Made by a program: the position numbers and the translations under genes. Under the pieces are notes generated by a model. The model worked only from the letters and a program-made list of their open reading frames with translations. It was not told where the DNA came from and did no database searches. Below, piece by piece: positions 58,155 to 64,000 of a stretch of 64,000 bases of DNA. The first letter of the stretch is position 1. Every line of letters starts with the position of its first letter. Origin of the DNA: a virus (Duplodnaviria > Caudoviricetes); the IMG/VR virus record IMGVR_UViG_3300012973_001074, positions 51,532 to 115,531 of that record; one strand, given 5' to 3'.

Positions 58155-58394
58155 TCATCGCGGATCGGCCTCCACCGTCGTGACGATGTCGATCCAGTGC
58201 TCGATCCCATCTAGCAGCCGCTGCGCGCTCACGACGTCGCCGAGCTCGCGCGCCATGCGGTAGCAGGTCTCCATCTCGCGGACGGTTCGGTGCAGCCGCT
58301 CGCTCAACCTGGCTCGGACGTGAGGGCGTGCCTCCGGAGGGCAGCTCGAGACGTCGGTGGGCGGTGCTTCGACGCGAAGGCGGGTCGCGCTCAT
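58155..58394 (-). CDS. Hypothetical protein
   Basis: ATGA overlaps. Confidence 0.5.
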   Translation of the reverse strand: MSATRLRVEAPPTDVSSCPPEARPHVRARLSERLHRTVREMETCYRMARELGDVVSAQRLLDGIEHWIDIVTTVEADPR

Positions 58395-58894
58395 CGGCCG
58401 TACTCCGTGAGCTTCGCTGTTCGGTAGGCGACGTGCCTCGGGTCGTCGCCGCGCTCGTAAACGCCGCCCTCATCGTTGACGATTCGGTCGGCCTCCTCGA
58501 ACGGCAGAACGCTGCGGTAGCTGTTGTGATTGACGCAGACGATCCAGTAGCCGTTCGCGACCATGTTCTCGCGGAGGATGCGTTCGCTCTCCGCGTTGCG
58601 AGCGATGACGTCGTCGATGGTGTTGAGGTGGCCGCCGAGGAAGTAGATCCCCGAACGCTTCACCGTCTTCGGCATCACGGTGAGCTCGCCGCCCTCTCCG
58701 TCTGGGACGTTGTCGACGATGATGCGCGTTTCGAAACGGAATCCGTAGGGACGGGCTCCGTACCGTTCGACGACCCGCTTGGCCATCGACGTCGCGAGCA
58801 TCGTGTCCCAGCTCGGAATCGGGAGCGTCGACGTCTCGGAGACGAAGGTGCCCGGGCTCAGGTACGTGACGAAGTCCCTGCGAGCGGGCTTCAT
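58391..58894 (-). CDS. Hypothetical phage protein
   Basis: YLSPGTFVSE..RYGARPYGFRF..SGIYFLGG. Confidence 0.65.
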   Translation of the reverse strand: MKPARRDFVTYLSPGTFVSETSTLPIPSWDTMLATSMAKRVVERYGARPYGFRFETRIIVDNVPDGEGGELTVMPKTVKRSGIYFLGGHLNTIDDVIARNAESERILRENMVANGYWIVCVNHNSYRSVLPFEEADRIVNDEGGVYERGDDPRHVAYRTAKLTEYGR

Positions 58895-59529
58895 GCTGCT
58901 GCTCCTGTCGCGAGGGTGTACGCGCGCGCGATCCGGGCGAACGTCACCGGATCGCCGCCAGCGTCCGGGTGATGCGTCTTTACGAGCGCGCGATACGCGG
59001 CCTTGACGGTCTCCGGATCGGCAGCGCGGGGAACGCCGAGCGTGACCCACCACGGGGGCTCCACCTCGGGCCCCGAGGCCGGAGGCAGCGCGGCGAAGCC
59101 GGTGAACGCCTGCTCGAGCAGCGATGTCGACCCGTGCCGCTCGATCGCGCGCAGTGACTCGACCGTGACGCCGACGGCGCGCAGATTCCACTTCACGCGC
59201 TGGTAGCTGTCGCAGGCGATGACGAACGGCGTGTAGACCCGCTGCTGCTTCTTCCGGTCGTAGCTTGTGCTTCGCTCGAAGTAGACCGCGACCGCCGGAT
59301 CGTTCGGTTCGCGCGCGTCGGCGAGCGGCAGACCGTCGCGACGGACCGGCACGTTCGACGAGATGATGATGTTCTGCGCTCCGAGCAGCTTCAGCTCTCG
59401 GAGCAGCTCGTCGCGTGCCTTGACGAGCGGATAGGTGAACTTCGCGACGCGACGTCGTTCGGGCGGCGTGCGTGCTTGCCGCTCGGGCCACGTCAGCGGG
59501 TATGCCTCTCGCAGATACTCTCCAACCAT
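58891..59529 (-). CDS. Phage J-domain protein
   Basis: AYPLTWP, ISSNV..DGLP, IACDSY, AYRALVKTHHPDAGG. Confidence 0.85.
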   Translation of the reverse strand: MVGEYLREAYPLTWPERQARTPPERRRVAKFTYPLVKARDELLRELKLLGAQNIIISSNVPVRRDGLPLADAREPNDPAVAVYFERSTSYDRKKQQRVYTPFVIACDSYQRVKWNLRAVGVTVESLRAIERHGSTSLLEQAFTGFAALPPASGPEVEPPWWVTLGVPRAADPETVKAAYRALVKTHHPDAGGDPVTFARIARAYTLATGAAA

Positions 59530-59542
59530 TAGCTCCTCCTCG

Positions 59543-60031
59543 TCATGCGGCGTTTCTGCGTGCGCGCTTCGCGGCCTTGATCGCGGCGAGGCCTTCGGGC
59601 TTTCCGCGCAGGACCACGCGGCGGAAGGCCTGCGCGACCTCGCGCGCGAACGCGCGGCTCGTGACGCCATCGAGCTCCGGGTCGATGACGCGATCGTCGC
59701 TCTCGGGTGACGCCCAGCCGTCACGGAACGCCTCGACGAGGCCGTTCGCGAGCAGCCGAGCGCGTGCGCGCTGGACGACGAGGTCGACCAGCTGCCGGGA
59801 TATGCCGAGCAGTTCGGCGATGGCCTCGTTCGTGAGGCCGCCCTTGTCGGCCACGTCGAGCGCACACGTCTCCGGCAAGGCCGTGAGACCTCGCTGCTGA
59901 AACGAGAGCGCGCCGTGGCGCGAGACGTCGGTGAGCAGGTGGTAGCGGCATCCGACCCACGGACAGGGGCGGGGACCGCGTTCGCATTCCGCGCGCGTGC
60001 GCGGCCGCGCGATCGGGAGCGAGCGCTTCAT
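59543..60031 (-). CDS. Cys-rich sigma-70 region-4-like HTH protein
   Basis: RPCPWVGCRYHL, TCALDVA..GLTNEAIAELLGISRQ. Confidence 0.75.
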   Translation of the reverse strand: MKRSLPIARPRTRAECERGPRPCPWVGCRYHLLTDVSRHGALSFQQRGLTALPETCALDVADKGGLTNEAIAELLGISRQLVDLVVQRARARLLANGLVEAFRDGWASPESDDRVIDPELDGVTSRAFAREVAQAFRRVVLRGKPEGLAAIKAAKRARRNAA

Positions 60032-60663
60032 GCCTCCTCCGGAAGGCGTCGGAAGGACACGACCCAGACGAGCGGGTCCTTCTCCCAGTCGGCGCGGCTA
60101 CCGTTGATGCCGTCCCAGGCGAACGCAAACGCGCGTCGCGCCGTTTCGAACTGCTGGCCTTCGATCTCGTAGACCGTCGGCTGCCCCGGAGCGAAGTACG
60201 TGGGGCCGGTGATGGGCTTGATGCCTTCGGCGAGCGCGTCCACCTCCGTCAGCTCGTGGAGTCGCTCGGTCCGCACGTCCGTGACCTCGAGCGAGATGCG
60301 CGAGAGCGCGCGGACCATGAAGATCGACGGACGCCACTGCTCGACGCGGATGCGTGAGATCGAGCCGTCCGCTCCGACGTAGTCGAACGTGTCCTTTGGA
60401 CAGGACGCGCGGTACGCGACGACGGCCTCCTTGCGGCTGATGAGGAGAGTCGCGAATGTCTCGCGGACCCAGAGCCGGTCACCCGGCCGCCCGTACGGGC
60501 ACTTGGTGAGGCGCTCCTTTGGTTCGAGCTTCGCGTGCTCGGGCCGAACGATGCGCCGCGTCTGCGTCTTTCGGTCCTCGAGAATCGCGAGGACCATCGG
60601 CGCAGAGAAGAGGATGGGGCGCTCCCTGCCCGCAGGCAGGGAGCTGCGCGCCACCTCAGCCAT
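60028..60663 (-). CDS. ASCH/PUA-like conserved phage protein
   Basis: PILFSAPMV.AIL..RKTQTRR, CPYG.PGDRLWVRET, WRPSIFM, VWVVSF. Confidence 0.8.
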   Translation of the reverse strand: MAEVARSSLPAGRERPILFSAPMVLAILEDRKTQTRRIVRPEHAKLEPKERLTKCPYGRPGDRLWVRETFATLLISRKEAVVAYRASCPKDTFDYVGADGSISRIRVEQWRPSIFMVRALSRISLEVTDVRTERLHELTEVDALAEGIKPITGPTYFAPGQPTVYEIEGQQFETARRAFAFAWDGINGSRADWEKDPLVWVVSFRRLPEEA

Positions 60664-61470
60664 CTACTTCTTGCCCTTCCGCGTGGAGCGCTTGGCGGGC
60701 TTGCCATTGCGACGATTCACCGGCCGGCTCGGCGGCACCGCGGGCGTCGGCGAAGCCGGATTGTCTCCGGCTCCGACGAGGGCTTCGGGATCGGTGATGT
60801 TCGTTGTGTCGTCGGGCTCGGCGACGGAGGAAGTCGGATTGTCCTCGATCAGAGAAGGCGGATTGTTGTCGAGCTCGTCGTTGACGTCGGCCTCGGAAAC
60901 CGAGGTCACAAGCTCGTCGTCCTCGTCGAGCTCCTCTACTACTTCTTCTTCCTCGTCTTCCTGCTCGTCCGGGTCGTCGCTGCCGGCGTCCGTCGCCGGG
61001 GTTTCGTCCTCCGCGTCCGCCTTCGTCTCGTCGAGCGGGAGCGAGCGCTGCCGCTCGGCATTCGAGAGCGGCACCTCGGCGATCTCTTCGTTCGTGTCGA
61101 GGCGGACCTTGTACTTGCGGTTCTGCGCGAACGAGGTGAACTCGGCGCAGCGCACTTCTCGCATGACGCGACCCGTGCGCGTCGCGTCTTCGTACTCCTT
61201 CGCCGTCGCCTGGAGCTTCGCCTTCGCGGCCTTGCGCTCACTGGCGATCGCCTTCGTCTCGGCGTCGAAGTCATCGATGCGGTTGCGTGCATCCGCGTAC
61301 TTGATGGCAACCTGAACGCGCTCCCTCTCGGTGAGCATCACCGGAAGTCGCTCGGTGAAGTAGCGGGGCTTCGGGTCCTCCGGCCGCTGGGCCTCAGCGC
61401 TGGCGGCGGCGGCTTGCTGCCATCCGGCGGCCTGGTCCTTCGGGGCGTTGTCGGTGGTCGTCTCGCTCAT
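60664..61470 (-). CDS. Hypothetical protein with coiled coil and acidic tail
   Basis: VRLDTNEEI..ERQRSL; GGAG RBS. Confidence 0.7.
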   Translation of the reverse strand: MSETTTDNAPKDQAAGWQQAAAASAEAQRPEDPKPRYFTERLPVMLTERERVQVAIKYADARNRIDDFDAETKAIASERKAAKAKLQATAKEYEDATRTGRVMREVRCAEFTSFAQNRKYKVRLDTNEEIAEVPLSNAERQRSLPLDETKADAEDETPATDAGSDDPDEQEDEEEEVVEELDEDDELVTSVSEADVNDELDNNPPSLIEDNPTSSVAEPDDTTNITDPEALVGAGDNPASPTPAVPPSRPVNRRNGKPAKRSTRKGKK

Positions 61471-61492
61471 GGTCTTCTCGCTCCTTGCTCGG

Positions 61493-61894
61493 TCAGGTGT
61501 GCACGCCGTTGACGTGCGTTCCGTTCAGCACGCCGGTCGGGGCGTGAACGCGGTTGGCGTGTCCGTTCGTGGCGCTGCGGGCGGCGGCCTTCGCCTTCGC
61601 CTTTGCGGCTCTCGCCGCCGCGGGTAATGCGCGCTTCATCTCGCGGAGCTGCGCCCGCGAGAGTGTCTCGCCGTCGTCGCCGAACCCGATGCGAGGGTGG
61701 CGGATATAGAGGGCGTGCTCGCCGTCGTCGTCCGTGATCCACGCCTCGAAGCTCGGCTCGTTCGCAGCGAGCGCGCCGCGGAAGGTCTCGCGATTGGTCG
61801 CGATCCAGAAGCGCGCCTGCCGGAGTGACGGATGCGTGCGCGTGACGAGGACGCGGCCGCCCCCCGGGACGACCACGGTGACCTCGTAGCTCAC
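61493..61894 (-). CDS. Hypothetical protein
   Basis: GTG start overlapping an upstream mini-ORF. Confidence 0.5.
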   Translation of the reverse strand: MSYEVTVVVPGGGRVLVTRTHPSLRQARFWIATNRETFRGALAANEPSFEAWITDDDGEHALYIRHPRIGFGDDGETLSRAQLREMKRALPAAARAAKAKAKAAARSATNGHANRVHAPTGVLNGTHVNGVHT

Positions 61895-61973
61895 CGTGCC
61901 CTCGCGCTCTTCCTCTCGCTCAGCTCGGCGAGGAGCATCACGACGAGGAGGAGCCCGACGACCGTAATGGACA

Positions 61974-62486
61974 TCAGGCAGCCTCCCTTCGTACGTCCGT
62001 CGCCGCTCGGTGGACGCGCTGCGCGAGCGCGAGCCGGTCTCGACTGATCCGCTGCGCGCGGGCGTTCGTGCACCCGTTCGGTCCCGATGCGTACCACGCG
62101 ATCGGATGCGCCGAGCACGACCGGAAGGAGGTGCGGAGCATCGCGAGCCCCGTCCGGATGCACTTCTCGGGATCGTCATTCAGCGCGGGAGTGCCGCCCG
62201 AGGTGTCGTGGATCTGCATCGTGCAGAACGAGTGAGGCTTGGCGATGCAGATGCCGGCCTCCGTCTTCTCTTCGCAGTCGCCGAGCACGCGCGTGCGAAG
62301 CGATCCCTCGCGCCACGCGACGGCGAGCACGAGGCTCGCGGTGCGGCGCTTGTCCTGGTCGTCAGCGAAGAGCGGACGCTCTGCCTCGACGACAACCGTG
62401 ATCGCCTCCGCGATCGCGGTGTGGTCGTGCGTCGGGTCGAGGTAGTGCGCACCCGCGAGGACGAAGGCCAGAAGGGAAGGGCTCAT
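61974..62486 (-). CDS. Lysozyme/lytic-transglycosylase-like protein
   Basis: LAVAWREGS..GD..SFCTMQI..C..G..L..YASG; hydrophobic N-terminus. Confidence 0.65.
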   Translation of the reverse strand: MSPSLLAFVLAGAHYLDPTHDHTAIAEAITVVVEAERPLFADDQDKRRTASLVLAVAWREGSLRTRVLGDCEEKTEAGICIAKPHSFCTMQIHDTSGGTPALNDDPEKCIRTGLAMLRTSFRSCSAHPIAWYASGPNGCTNARAQRISRDRLALAQRVHRAATDVRREAA

Positions 62487-62589
62487 GGATCGATCTCCTG
62501 GGTTGGTGCAGGGTCGAGCCGGCTCCGAAGAGCGAAACCTGCGCGTCAGCGACGCATTGGGGGGTCATGGTTTCGAGGGTAGTGAAACT

Positions 62590-62931
62590 TCAATGCGTGT
62601 TGCGTACTGGCAACGCTGCGCGCGTGCGAGAACCCGCTCGGGCTCGCTTGCGATCTCCTGCGGCGAGCGGTCGGCGATCGCGAGGTTGCTCTCGCTCGTC
62701 CGAGGTCACGTGCGCTCGCTCGTCGACGATGACGAGAGGGGAGCCGAGCTCGACGAGACGCTGGGCCTGCGCGACGATCGCGTCCTTCGAGGCTCGTACC
62801 GCCGCCGTGCGCGACCCGAACGGCAGGCGTTCGTCGTAGAGCGCCCACTTGCCATCGGTGCGCGTGAGGACGCGATACGGACCGACCGTGATGTTCGGAT
62901 CGGGGACCGGCTTTCGCTCGACGAAGCTCAC
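62590..62931 (-). CDS. Hypothetical protein
   Basis: GTGA overlap. Confidence 0.4.
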   Translation of the reverse strand: MSFVERKPVPDPNITVGPYRVLTRTDGKWALYDERLPFGSRTAAVRASKDAIVAQAQRLVELGSPLVIVDERAHVTSDEREQPRDRRPLAAGDRKRARAGSRTRAALPVRNTH

Positions 62932-63557
62932 GCGGCCCTCCGATGCGCGGAGCGGCGACGACGGACCTCGCGAACGAGACGCGGGAGGAAGTTGCACGCG
63001 TCGCGCACGAACCGCTCGAACGCGCCGTAGTAGCCGCGGGCGATCGGAGCAGAGAGGAGATCGGCGAGCGCGAAGTCGCGACGGTCGCGCAAGAGGGTCG
63101 AGCTTGTGGAGTTGTTGTAGAGCCTGAGCGGCAGGTGGTCGGACACGCCCTCGGACAAAGACATGAGTCGTGCCAGGTCCGCCTCCGAGACGTCGTCGTC
63201 CGCGGCATGGTCGCTTCGACAGCTGCTCTGCGAGTCGAGCGAGCGGAGGCGACGCAGCTCCTCGAACAGCGCGAGCGACTCCTCGTACGAGAGCCCGCGG
63301 CGGTCCGCTTGGAGGATGCCTTCAAGCACGTCGAGGTCGACCGGGTAGGCGGTGCGCTGAAGCTCGGCGAGGTCACGGAGCGCGGAGCGCGCGAGCCAGT
63401 GCGCGGTCTCGGCGGGACCGGTGGAGCACGAGCAGGCGACGCCTTCGTCGGCCTCGCAGTCGTCGTAGTGCGGCCCGTCGACGGCGCGTCGGGTCGCCTC
63501 GACGATCTCGCCTAGGCGGAGTCGGAGGAACGTCGTGGGAGAGAGCCCGAGCGTCAC
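62928..63557 (-). CDS. Hypothetical protein
   Basis: GGAGG RBS; GTGA overlap. Confidence 0.5.
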   Translation of the reverse strand: MTLGLSPTTFLRLRLGEIVEATRRAVDGPHYDDCEADEGVACSCSTGPAETAHWLARSALRDLAELQRTAYPVDLDVLEGILQADRRGLSYEESLALFEELRRLRSLDSQSSCRSDHAADDDVSEADLARLMSLSEGVSDHLPLRLYNNSTSSTLLRDRRDFALADLLSAPIARGYYGAFERFVRDACNFLPRLVREVRRRRSAHRRAA

Positions 63558-63889
63558 TTGGCCTCCTTTGCTGGTCGGACGATCGAGAGGACGGTGCCGA
63601 GCTTCTCTTCCTTGGCGTCTTTCTCGCCGTCGTCGACGAGCAGCGCGAAGAGCTTCTTGGCGCGAGACGTCTGCTTCTTCTCCAGCGCCTTCTGGAGAGC
63701 GGCACGGAGGAGGGCGTCGTCGTCCTCCTCCTCTTCGTCCGGCTCCGGTGCGGCAGGGGGTGCCGGAGGGGCTCCCGTTGGGACCGCCGCTGGGGGCGGC
63801 GCGAACGGTTTCGGGCGGTTCGTTTCGGTCGCGGTCTGGTCGCGGTCTTCGTCGCCGTTCGAGACGGTTGGCGACGACTCGCGCCGCAT
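63554..63889 (-). CDS. Acidic/Pro-rich hypothetical protein
   Basis: Operonic overlap; start uncertain. Confidence 0.45.
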   Translation of the reverse strand: MRRESSPTVSNGDEDRDQTATETNRPKPFAPPPAAVPTGAPPAPPAAPEPDEEEEDDDALLRAALQKALEKKQTSRAKKLFALLVDDGEKDAKEEKLGTVLSIVRPAKEAK

Positions 63890-64000
63890 GGGGACGGATT
63901 CGACTCCCTCCTCCGGCACTATTGAGGTTGGACCGCTTCGCGGTCCACCTCCACTGGTCGGTCGTCTGTTCTCGGTGCACTCCGTCCACGGCGTGGACTC

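Larger units (their letters stand above)
704..64000. mobile_element. Large temperate phage/prophage region; both boundaries probably lie outside the window
   Basis: Terminase, portal, MuF head protein, DnaB/initiator, RusA-like and many short overlapping phage-type ORFs. No host housekeeping genes seen. Confidence 0.9.

Overview
GC-rich (about 70% by eye) window that reads almost entirely as part of one large temperate tailed phage/prophage. A Myxococcota (Polyangiaceae-like) host is inferred from the lipoprotein and integrase styles; this is unverified. Layout: (i) 0.7-12.5 kb, minus-strand packaging/head genes: ParB-like, methyltransferase-like, TerS, TerL, DUF1073-type portal fused to an ADP-ribosyltransferase, a GNAT + zeta-toxin multidomain protein, and a MuF/gp7 head protein. 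(ii) 13-35 kb, plus-strand early/accessory genes: DUF6744-like, MoxR AAA + vWA, DUF3560, TPR, beta-clamp-like, intein-split DUF5131, SMC-like ATPase. These are driven by a repeated bipartite promoter/operator and interrupted by a direct-repeat-flanked kinase-kinase-phosphatase cassette. (iii) 36-52 kb, cargo: a lower-GC three-gene operon of unknown proteins, an integrase relic, a GH73-like hydrolase + lipoprotein, a Type ISP restriction-modification enzyme, HigBA and an orphan MqsA-like gene. (iv) 52.5-64 kb, minus-strand replication genes: RusA-like, DnaB, initiator with iterons, J-domain. The most notable candidate novelty is a virion 'polyprotein cargo' grammar. R/K-x-D-A/D motifs sit at the domain boundaries of the head-associated proteins, and a W-x(2-5)-V-(P/E)-R...G-(R/L)-(W/F)-T tag leads each enzymatic segment (ART, GNAT, zeta kinase). 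All family calls come from motif recognition by eye; no searches were run.
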